A DNA stretch of 64,000 nucleotides from a virus. Taxonomy: Duplodnaviria; Heunggongvirae; Uroviricota; Caudoviricetes. Under the pieces are notes generated by a model. It ran no database searches, was not told where the DNA came from, and worked only from the letters and a program-made list of their open reading frames with translations. The stretch is from IMG/VR virus record IMGVR_UViG_3300037418_003103, one strand, 5' to 3'. A program made the position numbers and the translations under genes. Below are positions 18,855 through 28,940 of this stretch, piece after piece. The number at the start of each line of letters is the position of its first letter. The stretch's first letter is position 1.

Positions 18855-21800
18855 TTAAACATTGGATATAAATTTACTGTTAGATTCAGTGATTACTCTT
18901 CCAATAAATTCAGATCCAATATTAAGTTGCTTAATATATACTTTTTTATATGTTCCTATATTAAAATTAGGTATAAGAGAAGCACTTACATCGCCCATGA
19001 TAATAGATGTAGTTATATCAATATCTTCGTTTCCATTACAAGGACTTAGTACACTACCATCTCCATAATTGTCATCGCCAAATTCAAGCGTATATCTCTT
19101 ATACTGAAATTTTTGCATATCAAAAATAGTATTTGTAAAAATCTTTGTTGCACCCCAAATAGTTGTGGACGGAATTACCTGTTCAATTAAATCATTCCAA
19201 TAGTTGCCTATTAATTTAGTAAAGGCATCCATGCTTGAATAATTAAACTTAGAACTTACTTTATTACAATATTCTTCACTATTCAAATATCTATCATATA
19301 CTGACCTTAGCGTCGGATATGAACTTATAGTTTGTCTGGATTTAGCATCGATTAATTCGCCAACAAATTGTTTTTGAAAATCATCAATTACGCTCAATTC
19401 ATTTATTGGTTCGGTTACAAGAGAAGAAATATTAAAATGATTATCGCCACAACTAAATCCGTTATCATTATCACCACAAACCACGTTCACAATATTAAGT
19501 GTTGTCACGCCAGTTTCTGTTGTTACGCCACTTATCACTTTATCTGTGTATGTTTGCACAACAGTATAAATTGTAGTTTCTCCTGTTACTGTAACTTGAT
19601 CAGTAACTACTGTTTCTCCAGTTATTGTAGTCTCAGTCTGCTGTGCAGTAATACCTGTTACAATAATAGACCTGCAAATAATTCCTCCGTCCTCAGTACA
19701 ACTAACAGGTGAGTATGATGTTGGACAAGAATAGCCTACTGTGGTACCAACGTCAAAATACTTTCCTCTTTTACTTAATGTTGAAAATATAACTCCAGCA
19801 TCAACAGTATTAGTTGCAGCAGTTAATGCCGCTAAATTAGTTGGATGATAAATTTCTGCAGCAAAGGCACTCGGATTTCCATTAGTCGGTCCGCTTTCAT
19901 TTCTACCAAGCATTTTTATAATATTAGCGCCAGAATCAAGATGAATCGGAAACACTGTCCATATATTAAAATTACTAGTTGAAGCGGTCAGGATACCTGT
20001 ATCAAAAATTAAAACTTCATTAATTGTAACCTGGCAAAAGTTATCAGCACCAATGCCCACATAATAAGTTCCAGACTCTGGTATATTTACACACTCTGAA
20101 AATCCCACCCATTCATCCTGATACGCTAAGATTCCAGCTGAATTCAAACGTCCATTAATTGTATTATCAGTTCCCCAGAAAGAGCTAGAAAGTTGAAAAT
20201 CGTTAGATAATATGCCACCGCTTTGATCTATAAGTTTACCATAATTGTCATCATTACCGTAGTGAAAAGGCAATACACTAGAATTTAAATCTATTTGTGG
20301 AAAGAAATACGTCGCAATTGAATAATTGGTGCTTGTGTCTCCTATAACAATTTTAGATCCACTACCATTGAACGTAGCCGTTGTTTCTAATATTTTCTTA
20401 CAAGCATCGTTTGCAGGCGTAGCCGAATATCCTGATGGACAAGAATAAGTTATTGTTGTTGCAGTGCTAGATGTTATTTCTATAGATGTTGTTATATCTG
20501 TATTAGCTGTAATAACAACCTGTGGTATTTGTGTTTGTGTCAACACGGGTATCGTGCTTGTTGTAACATAAGTTCTTCCTGTTATAACAGGAAAAGAAAC
20601 TTCCTCAAATTTTGTATTGCAATTACAGCAATATTCTGTAGTGCCAGTGGTATATGTAATACCTGTAACAACCGCTGTTCCAACCACTATACTATTTCCA
20701 GTAACCACAACATCGCTATATACTACTGTTGTTCCTGTTAATATAGTATCAACACTTTGTTCTGTAACATCAGCTATATCTATATGAATACACTCATAGC
20801 CAGACGAACTACAAGTAGATAATTTATAAAGCACAGGACTTGTAGGACATGAGTAACCGACAGTCTCGCCCACATCAAACCTAAGTCCAATTTTATCTTT
20901 AGTACTAAAGATAACACCAGTCTGTTCAATGGTAGTTGCTGCAGTTAGTGCTGCAAAACTAGTTGGTTTATAAATTTCAGCGCCGAAAGATCCTGTATTT
21001 GTAGAGGTACGGGTACCTAAGTTCTGGCCCTTCATTTCTATAATGTTAGTTCCTGAATTAAGATAAATAGGAAAAACATTCCACGCTTGAAAACTATTCA
21101 TCCAAGGATAAACATTTCCTGTATCGAAAATCATTACTCCATTCAAACTAAATTGGCAGAAATTGTCAGCACCAATACCCACATAATATACTCCAGGTGT
21201 ATCTATATTTAAACAATGAGTAAAACCCGCCCACTCATTATCTGTTGGAAGGATACCCACCTCATTTAATCTTCCTGAATCAGTTCCATGAGATCCCCAA
21301 AAGCTATTGTTTGACACGTTTGTAGGACTATATACAACACCGTTATTACCAACCAAATTTTGCGTATCTCCAGTATAATGAAGAGATAGATCAGATGTCA
21401 AATCTGTGTTTATTTGTGGGAAAAACCATGCACCATATATTCCAAAATGAGTTGGGTTCTTATCTCCAGCAACAATTATTGGTCCATACGAATTAAATGT
21501 GGCTTGTATTGTCAATATTTGCTCACATTTGTCCTTATTTGGCGTTAAACTATATCCTGTTGGACAGGTGAATTCAATACTTGATACAGTCTTAGAAGTA
21601 ACTTCGGTCACGCCGCTTGTAACAGTTGTTGACGTGACAACAGTAGTAGATGTTAGAATAGTATCACGAGTAACAGCAGTATAAACACTCATACTGCTAC
21701 AAATATTGCTCTCAAGATTAATAGTGTTTCCTGTTAGTATACAAGGGTTATCTGAGATGTATGACCAAACATCAGATTCAATTGCTTTAGCTATACTAAT

Positions 21801-24704
21801 GTCAATATCTACCTCTTTAGAATTTATTACTTGTCTATCATCAGTGACTGTATAGTTTGTAATTCGTGTCGGCGTTGTACCATCAGTTTTTAAAATTTTA
21901 AAATTTCTAGTAGTAGTATCGGTGCTCCACGACTTTTTATTATCTCTTACTCTTTCTAGTTCAAAGCCAATCGGTTTGGTTACAAAAATATCGTTTCGTT
22001 TAGTTGTAATAACATTTTGATTAATCTTGATGTTATCAATCAGAATACTCAAATCAACACACGAGTTATTAATGATAAAACTAAGTTTTATCTTTTTATT
22101 CTTTAATGAATTTATAATATTTGGATCGGTAATTTTAGTATAGAAGCGCAGCCAATTTGAATTGACGGCATTTGTGGAGAGTGACTCTTTAAATAACTCT
22201 TCATTACTGTCACCAGTCAAACCGAACTGATTAAACAAATCAGAAACTATTTTATTCCTAACGTTCTGACAAAAATTTACATTGTTATTATTTTCGAAAA
22301 GACTAATAGGTACAAAATTATCATCTGATATGTATATACCTGTTAAATCTTCTGCCTCACTTAGGTATGAGTATAGATTTCCTTCACCAATCGCTGGAAA
22401 AATATTCTGCTCTAAAACACTTGAATATGTGGTTCCATCGATTCTTTCCAGGTTCAATGAAACATCTAACGATTCAAGCGCCTTGGTTATAGAACCGCAT
22501 GCAGAGGAGTCAACTGAGCTACAGTTAATCCTAAATAAATAATTGAATTCAACCTCAATTTCATTAACGGTATTATCATCAATAATAAAGCTACTTCCGT
22601 CATAACCCTTGGAATTAACGTATATTTTAAAGTTTGTAATAGAGTTACCGCTGCAAGATTCAACGTTATTAAATGCTATGCTCAGTATATTATTACTATT
22701 TCCAGTTTCGCATCCGCAATCGTTATAATACGGGTTCGGTTTAGGGTTTGCAATTATATTTGCATGAAGATTGATACAATCTGAAATATCATTATTAGAA
22801 AGCGTTTTAGCCTCCACGAAAGTCGCGCCAGTGTATCCGTCAATAGTTCCATTAAAGTAATTTGTAAACAGATTTTTAGTCTTTGTTGTCAGTGTCTCCG
22901 AAGAAATGGTTACCGCTGAGAAGTTAGGTATTAGGTTCCTAAATTGATCCATGTACTTGCCGCCGCCATCGTATGGCCCTACATGCGGGTTATTACCATC
23001 CAAGATATCAATATCTGAATTCATACCACCTGTCTCTCTGTACCATAAACCATTGTTTTGAAAGTACATATCGGGTGTGTTAGGCAATGGATTAGGAAAA
23101 CCGTCTGAATCTACGGGATATAAGTCTAAGTCTGAACTTACATTATTTAATATAAGCGCTTTCTCTAGGATATTTGTGTCTATCTGATTCTTAGCCAAAT
23201 AAACATACTCATTAAAGTTGATAAGGCCCTGAGGTGTTCCTATGAACCTAAATAAAAATTCAATTACTTTACGAGTGCTTTTTGATTTCCAAATCCAAGG
23301 TGTGTTTAGTATCAGCCTTCTCCATAATTCTGTGTCAGCTTCAACGGCAGTTAAACCCACGGTATGGCCAGAATATGATGCTGGTTTTCTTGTCACATAA
23401 TTTTTTAATAGATCGTTTTCTAATACTGAGGACACCAAGTCCCATCCAAGAATACGAGCAAGGCTCTTAACATATATATCAGGAGTATTATCCTTCTTAT
23501 CATATGTTACAGTATTTGCAAACTCAATGCCTGTAATAAACTTATTAATATCATCAAATTCTCTACCGTACACGTTCAGGATCTTGTTCATTTTGCCGCC
23601 AGAGGTATCCTCACTGAGAGAATCTAAGAAAACTGGCATTGTATCAAAAGATGAAATTGACTCAGTAACTAAGAACCTGGTCATTAAGTTGGATGATATT
23701 TCATCTGAACTTATTGCAATGTCCAAAAGATTATTTGCATAATCTTCATATCTTGTTGTGTCAAAATCTATATTATAACCATCACTTACTGGCCAAGTCA
23801 GGGTTCGTTGTGTTAGTAAAACAGAACCTAGATCCGTCTTAACTGAATAATTAAATGTAGCCGTAAATTTAGGTATAATTTTCCTATTTAATAAATTAAG
23901 CTGAAAGTCATCCAACTTATTAAAAAATAATTCTTCTTCTATTTTTTTTGGCTTTATATGGAAATCAATATATCCGTTCACACCTATAAACGGATTTCCA
24001 TTTATTTGGATCAGCAAATAGCCATTTATATCGGTAGCGCCCGTAAGCCCTATAATATCAAATTCAGTATTATTTACTAAAATACTATAATTAGAATAAC
24101 TCACAACCAAATTTCTTAGGTCATTGGTCGCATTATAGGTATTTAAAATGCTACCATTTTTTAAAAAATTGATTCCGAACTTATTATTTATTACCTGAGC
24201 ATCAACTCTAAATGTTGCTACGTTTGTCAGTGAATCATATATGTAATTTTGATATGTAAGGCCACTAACAGGCGCCAAATTAATGATTGAGTTAACGTTC
24301 GGATTTACATACAGCGAAGCTGGCCAATTAGTTATAATTCCCTCTAATGAAATTCTTAAATATTCACTTAATGACCCAAATAATGCAAATCTATTAACAT
24401 TTGTCGAATCCAAGTTTAATGATACATTAGCGTTATTTGAGAGAAGGCTGATAGTTTTTTCAACCGTCAAATCAAGATCACTCAATGTAACGAAATTAGA
24501 AAATTTCTTAGTGTTAAATAATTTACTTAATCTATCATCAAAATTAGTGGTGATAGCGAAATTTCCTGATGTAAATATGGGTGATCCTCCGTCTGTGGTT
24601 TGTTGTAAACCAACTAAATCAGGAGTAAAATTACGATACTCAATATTTGACCCAAAGAATTTCTTTTGCGCATATCCAACAACCTTGATTCTATCGTTCG
24701 CCAT
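18855..24704 (-). CDS. Very large virion/baseplate protein with two Cys-bounded beta modules
   Basis: 1949 aa; LARILGW..WRRLILNTPWIWKSKSTRKVIEFLF resembles tail protein I/gp7-like segments; modules at 20790-21566 and 19674-20441 lie between Thr/Val-rich linkers. Confidence 0.7.
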   Translation of the reverse strand: MANDRIKVVGYAQKKFFGSNIEYRNFTPDLVGLQQTTDGGSPIFTSGNFAITTNFDDRLSKLFNTKKFSNFVTLSDLDLTVEKTISLLSNNANVSLNLDSTNVNRFALFGSLSEYLRISLEGIITNWPASLYVNPNVNSIINLAPVSGLTYQNYIYDSLTNVATFRVDAQVINNKFGINFLKNGSILNTYNATNDLRNLVVSYSNYSILVNNTEFDIIGLTGATDINGYLLIQINGNPFIGVNGYIDFHIKPKKIEEELFFNKLDDFQLNLLNRKIIPKFTATFNYSVKTDLGSVLLTQRTLTWPVSDGYNIDFDTTRYEDYANNLLDIAISSDEISSNLMTRFLVTESISSFDTMPVFLDSLSEDTSGGKMNKILNVYGREFDDINKFITGIEFANTVTYDKKDNTPDIYVKSLARILGWDLVSSVLENDLLKNYVTRKPASYSGHTVGLTAVEADTELWRRLILNTPWIWKSKSTRKVIEFLFRFIGTPQGLINFNEYVYLAKNQIDTNILEKALILNNVSSDLDLYPVDSDGFPNPLPNTPDMYFQNNGLWYRETGGMNSDIDILDGNNPHVGPYDGGGKYMDQFRNLIPNFSAVTISSETLTTKTKNLFTNYFNGTIDGYTGATFVEAKTLSNNDISDCINLHANIIANPKPNPYYNDCGCETGNSNNILSIAFNNVESCSGNSITNFKIYVNSKGYDGSSFIIDDNTVNEIEVEFNYLFRINCSSVDSSACGSITKALESLDVSLNLERIDGTTYSSVLEQNIFPAIGEGNLYSYLSEAEDLTGIYISDDNFVPISLFENNNNVNFCQNVRNKIVSDLFNQFGLTGDSNEELFKESLSTNAVNSNWLRFYTKITDPNIINSLKNKKIKLSFIINNSCVDLSILIDNIKINQNVITTKRNDIFVTKPIGFELERVRDNKKSWSTDTTTRNFKILKTDGTTPTRITNYTVTDDRQVINSKEVDIDISIAKAIESDVWSYISDNPCILTGNTINLESNICSSMSVYTAVTRDTILTSTTVVTSTTVTSGVTEVTSKTVSSIEFTCPTGYSLTPNKDKCEQILTIQATFNSYGPIIVAGDKNPTHFGIYGAWFFPQINTDLTSDLSLHYTGDTQNLVGNNGVVYSPTNVSNNSFWGSHGTDSGRLNEVGILPTDNEWAGFTHCLNIDTPGVYYVGIGADNFCQFSLNGVMIFDTGNVYPWMNSFQAWNVFPIYLNSGTNIIEMKGQNLGTRTSTNTGSFGAEIYKPTSFAALTAATTIEQTGVIFSTKDKIGLRFDVGETVGYSCPTSPVLYKLSTCSSSGYECIHIDIADVTEQSVDTILTGTTVVYSDVVVTGNSIVVGTAVVTGITYTTGTTEYCCNCNTKFEEVSFPVITGRTYVTTSTIPVLTQTQIPQVVITANTDITTSIEITSSTATTITYSCPSGYSATPANDACKKILETTATFNGSGSKIVIGDTSTNYSIATYFFPQIDLNSSVLPFHYGNDDNYGKLIDQSGGILSNDFQLSSSFWGTDNTINGRLNSAGILAYQDEWVGFSECVNIPESGTYYVGIGADNFCQVTINEVLIFDTGILTASTSNFNIWTVFPIHLDSGANIIKMLGRNESGPTNGNPSAFAAEIYHPTNLAALTAATNTVDAGVIFSTLSKRGKYFDVGTTVGYSCPTSYSPVSCTEDGGIICRSIIVTGITAQQTETTITGETVVTDQVTVTGETTIYTVVQTYTDKVISGVTTETGVTTLNIVNVVCGDNDNGFSCGDNHFNISSLVTEPINELSVIDDFQKQFVGELIDAKSRQTISSYPTLRSVYDRYLNSEEYCNKVSSKFNYSSMDAFTKLIGNYWNDLIEQVIPSTTIWGATKIFTNTIFDMQKFQYKRYTLEFGDDNYGDGSVLSPCNGNEDIDITTSIIMGDVSASLIPNFNIGTYKKVYIKQLNIGSEFIGRVITESNSKFISNV
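19674..20441 (-). repeat. Cys-bounded ~256-aa module, copy C
   Basis: Same motif series as copy A; shares a 16-nt identical stretch (19927-19942 = 17870-17885). Confidence 0.9.
20790..21566 (-). repeat. Cys-bounded ~259-aa module, copy B
   Basis: Same motif series as copies A and C. Confidence 0.9.
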
Positions 24705-25627
24705 TATACAGTAGTAATTGTTTTAAATTCTTTACCAAAGTCTACATTATCTTTTTCCTCCTTAATTTCAAATAAAGGAACTCCAGTAAACTTATCTTTA
24801 ATTTCATATAAATCATATTGTTTATATATTTCATTTGCAAAATTATAAACAGTATACACACCGTCTTCAAGTGATTTAGTCTGATTACCATAAAGGCTAT
24901 AAGCAAGCGTCTCAATGTCGTGCTGAACCATTTCTACTTCCACAACGGTTGGGTTAAAGAATGTATTGGTTATGATCACTTCCTGATTAGGCTGTCCTAT
25001 GTACGGTTGAGCGTTAGGTGTTATACTAGACGCCGAACTAGGAGAAACTGTACAAAATACAAGGCTTGAATTATCGTTTAATCTATATCTGATTGCTTTT
25101 TGATTTGTGTTGGTTAAGTTCTGGTTAACAGGCTCTGCTCTGTTGTTAGACGTAATAATTCTAAAGAAGTTATTCACTTTTGCATCTGTCACATTTGAAT
25201 TGGTACTCAGGTACTCTATTCTATACCCTACTAAGCCATTGTTATCAAACCTGCTTGTAAAATTAGCGGGTAGCGTGCTGGTATCAAAGAGGATTCCCTT
25301 AGTATCAGGAAGTGCTGATAAAACGCCTGTATCAATTATTTTTGTTCTGATTTCGACTGGTTTAATAATAATTGTATAAAAGCCTTTCACACCAAATACG
25401 GAAGCAGGCAATTTAAGCGTATATAAGCCACTAAATGATTCAAAGCCACTAATACCTGACTGGACCTTATTAGGGTTGTCCATGCGCACCAAAACCTCAT
25501 TAGAATCCAATTTAATCAGACTCTGGTTTCCAACCTGATCACGAGATGGCGTAAAATGATAAAATATCTCAACATCATCTGGTGAAACATCTGCACCTCT
25601 AGTTATACCGTAAATTCCTTGGCTCAT
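24704..25627 (-). CDS. Hypothetical virion structural protein
   Basis: 307-aa beta-rich ORF, translationally coupled within the structural operon. Confidence 0.65.
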   Translation of the reverse strand: MSQGIYGITRGADVSPDDVEIFYHFTPSRDQVGNQSLIKLDSNEVLVRMDNPNKVQSGISGFESFSGLYTLKLPASVFGVKGFYTIIIKPVEIRTKIIDTGVLSALPDTKGILFDTSTLPANFTSRFDNNGLVGYRIEYLSTNSNVTDAKVNNFFRIITSNNRAEPVNQNLTNTNQKAIRYRLNDNSSLVFCTVSPSSASSITPNAQPYIGQPNQEVIITNTFFNPTVVEVEMVQHDIETLAYSLYGNQTKSLEDGVYTVYNFANEIYKQYDLYEIKDKFTGVPLFEIKEEKDNVDFGKEFKTITTV

Positions 25628-25718
25628 TATATTTTATTTTAAAAGTCTAATTTAACTCATGTTATTGAATAACAAACTTGGCCGCTCTTTTTTAACTCAT
25701 AAGATTTATTCATGACAC

Positions 25719-26441
25719 TTATATTTTATTTATGTTGTAGAGTCCGTTTCCATACTTCACGAGTTCGTCAAGAGTTCTTATTTCACCAAGCATTAAATGT
25801 TTGTCAAGTACACTCGTTACCCCTCTATCAATAAATACATCACTTTTAACTTCTGGCGGGGAAATTATACCAAAAAGATACTCCTCTTTGGTAAGAGCCG
25901 AGTAAGAAGTGTTCGTACTATTCCATCCCTCACCCTGGTAGTCGATGGACGTTACAGGAATAGATGAATTATCTAATGTCAGTCTGTTTTCATTTAAGTA
26001 ATCTGTATACAATATTCCTGTAGTCTGTCCAGTTGTTCCTATATAAGGATCATTCTGATTTGTTCCAATAGTATAAACGTTTTTATCATTGCTTAATTCT
26101 GTTACTCTATCTACTCCATTAATTATACTACCCTGATGATTAATGTAAACTTCGCTGTTGGTGTTAAATCCAATGATGAAAGGCTGAGTTGACTTATACG
26201 TCCTTAGATCCTCAATCAATGACTCAGTATAGCCTGTTACTCTTACACCGTCGCTAAAATAATCAGAAGCAAGTTTAGAAGTTTGATCAACAGGAATATC
26301 AGTAAAGAGTCCTGCATCATCTATATTTTGTGTTAAAAACACGTTTAAATAAAACGTAGATGCTGTTAAAGTCCCATACTTAGGCCCATTACTCCTATCA
26401 ATGCTATCTTCTAATAATATTTTTCTTTTTATAGTATACAT
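25719..26441 (-). CDS. Hypothetical virion structural protein
   Basis: 240 aa, within the structural operon. Confidence 0.65.
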   Translation of the reverse strand: MYTIKRKILLEDSIDRSNGPKYGTLTASTFYLNVFLTQNIDDAGLFTDIPVDQTSKLASDYFSDGVRVTGYTESLIEDLRTYKSTQPFIIGFNTNSEVYINHQGSIINGVDRVTELSNDKNVYTIGTNQNDPYIGTTGQTTGILYTDYLNENRLTLDNSSIPVTSIDYQGEGWNSTNTSYSALTKEEYLFGIISPPEVKSDVFIDRGVTSVLDKHLMLGEIRTLDELVKYGNGLYNINKI

Positions 26442-27286
26442 TATAATACTTGAATTGGATACAAATTAATTTCAACACTAGAATCATTTAGCGCTTCCGT
26501 GTACTTAACATTTGATGAATATTTATCATCTATTTGGTAATAAAACCCTGTCTGATCCCTATATAATATATATCTAGTGTATAATTTATTTACTAAAATA
26601 TCTATCGGAAAAGCCTGTCCCTCGGTCATTAAATTAAACGCTTTGCCTGTTTTAGCATTATTAAAACTAGCCCTCATGTAAAGATATTTAGGGTATCCAA
26701 TTTTAAAATCACTCTTATAATCATAAATGCTATATCCTTCAGCCACACCTTCTGGATTAGTTACTGGATTACTGAGTACAAATCTAACAGGTATTTGTGA
26801 CGCTGGCTTAGTGCGTCCTGGAATGCCATCCGTTGATTTGATTGGGTAGATGTCATCTGCTGTTAGCATTGTATAGATGGTAAGTGAGGTGACTAAATTT
26901 TGATTTAGAGCTATATCAGAATCAAAAAATTGACACGACAAATAGGTCTTAGTAAAATAATTTTTTTTAAATCTGATATCTGAATCAATAAATCCTATGT
27001 CAGAATAATGAGTTAATGGCAACGCATTCTTATCATTATCAATTGTGTTTAACACATATTTTATATAGGAAACTCCATTATTTAAAAGTGTTTTAGGTGT
27101 AAACCTAACTCTTTCATAATCAATTATGGGATTTATCGCTTTTTGTGTCTCTGTTTCAACAAACACATTTTCTATTAAGTCAGAATTGTCAACTAATTGA
27201 TGCTCCACGGTTATCGGAACATTTATAGTTGTCGCCGAACTACTTAAAAACGTATTTAAATTAATAGCAAATCTGTTAACAATCAT
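26441..27286 (-). CDS. Hypothetical virion structural protein
   Basis: 281 aa, coupled to its neighbours. Confidence 0.65.
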   Translation of the reverse strand: MIVNRFAINLNTFLSSSATTINVPITVEHQLVDNSDLIENVFVETETQKAINPIIDYERVRFTPKTLLNNGVSYIKYVLNTIDNDKNALPLTHYSDIGFIDSDIRFKKNYFTKTYLSCQFFDSDIALNQNLVTSLTIYTMLTADDIYPIKSTDGIPGRTKPASQIPVRFVLSNPVTNPEGVAEGYSIYDYKSDFKIGYPKYLYMRASFNNAKTGKAFNLMTEGQAFPIDILVNKLYTRYILYRDQTGFYYQIDDKYSSNVKYTEALNDSSVEINLYPIQVL

Positions 27287-28925
27287 TACTTGACAGGTTT
27301 ATTTTAAAATTATCACTAAGTGTGTTCCCAATAGGATCGCCAGGGAATTTTGAAAAAAATAAACCCCAATTATCAAATGGATCTTGTCTTCTAATATGAA
27401 TCGTATAATTTTTATAAATATAATGACAACCGTTTAAAAATGGATAGTTAACATCATCTGTCTGGCCGTCATTCACTCCAATATCAAGTAAATCTCTCCA
27501 TAAAAATCTTCCATCGCCTAAATCAGTCTTATAAAATGGCATTCCTACAGTATTTTTATCACCCTGTTCTATATAAGAAGAAAAATTTCTAATCTTTATT
27601 AAATCGTGTGCATTGTAATAATAACCTTCATGCCTTGGGCCAGGAATAATAGCATTTCCACTAGTTTCTCTATCAAGAGTATTAAATCTATGTTGAACGC
27701 GAGCCAGAACAATTTCTTTTAGTTCATAGGTATTGTACTCCACAACATCACCATAGAATTCATTTGAATCAATATCAATGTCTTCTTCTAAAGGAATATG
27801 CGAGTTAAACGGAAATGATTCTCCATTGTGAATCCTTTGAATGATTGGAACTCTTTTTAAGTAACTAAGATTACTTGCTAAATTTGATATAAAAGGAGCT
27901 TCTATACCAGAAGAAACTCGGCTAAACATTCCATTTCCATTTGTTTTAATCTTAGTCAAAAATAATTCACTAAGAGGTCTTCCAAGGTTATCCACTAAAT
28001 TACTTATATCAATATCTTCATTAAACGAAAACTGAGAAACAGTATCAGTATATATATTTTCACTAAAAGCAAGAGCGCTTATTTCATAATCATCATTCTC
28101 AATTACATTAGTACTTCTAGTTTTTATTTTTTTGAATTTTCTAAAATAATACTCTGAAGGGTTCCCATTAACTATTCTTGTTGCCCTAGTATCGCTGTTA
28201 ATAGTTACTTTCGATGCATCAGCCTGTATACAAAAATAATATTCTGCTAAATCTCCGTTATCCAGGCCAAGTCTGATCACTTCGTAATCTCCCTCATCAA
28301 CCACACCTTTTAATCTTACTATATTTCCAACTGATAAATTATGAATAACTGGCGTAGCCAATGCTATTACTTCTTTACCACCAAAATTAACTATTTTTTT
28401 ATCTACTATAATTAATCCATCCTTTACCAGGTAATGATCCTTATCACTCTCTGAGGGATACGTGATGGTCAGGTTCCAATTCATAGCGTCTATGATATTA
28501 TTTCTCGTGAGATAAAAATATTCTCTTCTTGGCTCCATATCTATAAAATTACAAATACTAGCCCCTTTGACAGGATTAAGAAAACCAAACCATCCATCAA
28601 TTTCTTTTAAATTATTCTTTATTGAATCATCTAAGGTTACAATTGAATCATTTTTAAATAAGTCATTATTTAGATATTCCCAAGAATTAACTCCATTGAT
28701 GTTAAAGAGAGCATTGGAAGCAATTGGGTTGATACTGCCAAACAATCTATAAAAAGTACTGGCTTGCCTCTCTTTGTTAAATTGTTCACCAATGTCAATA
28801 ACTTTATTTATTTCATTTGTTGGAAGAATCTTATTTGATTGGACCAAGCCTAAATTAATGAATGAATCAGAATTTACAGATTCTTTTGATTTATCTTCAC
28901 CAAGTATTTGTTGTATTCTATCCAA
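27276..28925 (-). CDS. Hypothetical virion structural protein, TTG start
   Basis: 549 aa; HNLSVGNIVRL beta-barrel-like segment; within the structural operon. Confidence 0.65.
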   Translation of the reverse strand: MDRIQQILGEDKSKESVNSDSFINLGLVQSNKILPTNEINKVIDIGEQFNKERQASTFYRLFGSINPIASNALFNINGVNSWEYLNNDLFKNDSIVTLDDSIKNNLKEIDGWFGFLNPVKGASICNFIDMEPRREYFYLTRNNIIDAMNWNLTITYPSESDKDHYLVKDGLIIVDKKIVNFGGKEVIALATPVIHNLSVGNIVRLKGVVDEGDYEVIRLGLDNGDLAEYYFCIQADASKVTINSDTRATRIVNGNPSEYYFRKFKKIKTRSTNVIENDDYEISALAFSENIYTDTVSQFSFNEDIDISNLVDNLGRPLSELFLTKIKTNGNGMFSRVSSGIEAPFISNLASNLSYLKRVPIIQRIHNGESFPFNSHIPLEEDIDIDSNEFYGDVVEYNTYELKEIVLARVQHRFNTLDRETSGNAIIPGPRHEGYYYNAHDLIKIRNFSSYIEQGDKNTVGMPFYKTDLGDGRFLWRDLLDIGVNDGQTDDVNYPFLNGCHYIYKNYTIHIRRQDPFDNWGLFFSKFPGDPIGNTLSDNFKINLSSNDC

Positions 28926-28940
28926 GTTTATAAATTTTTA

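Noticed and set aside
17632-21566. Diversity-generating retroelement TR/VR pair
   Set aside because: All three copies are coding and diverge at all base types with indels, not only at adenines; no reverse transcriptase in the window.
25651-25700. 10-nt direct repeat TTTAACTCAT flanking a short spacer between structural genes
   Set aside because: Only two short AT-rich copies; could be an insertion scar but cannot be told from chance.
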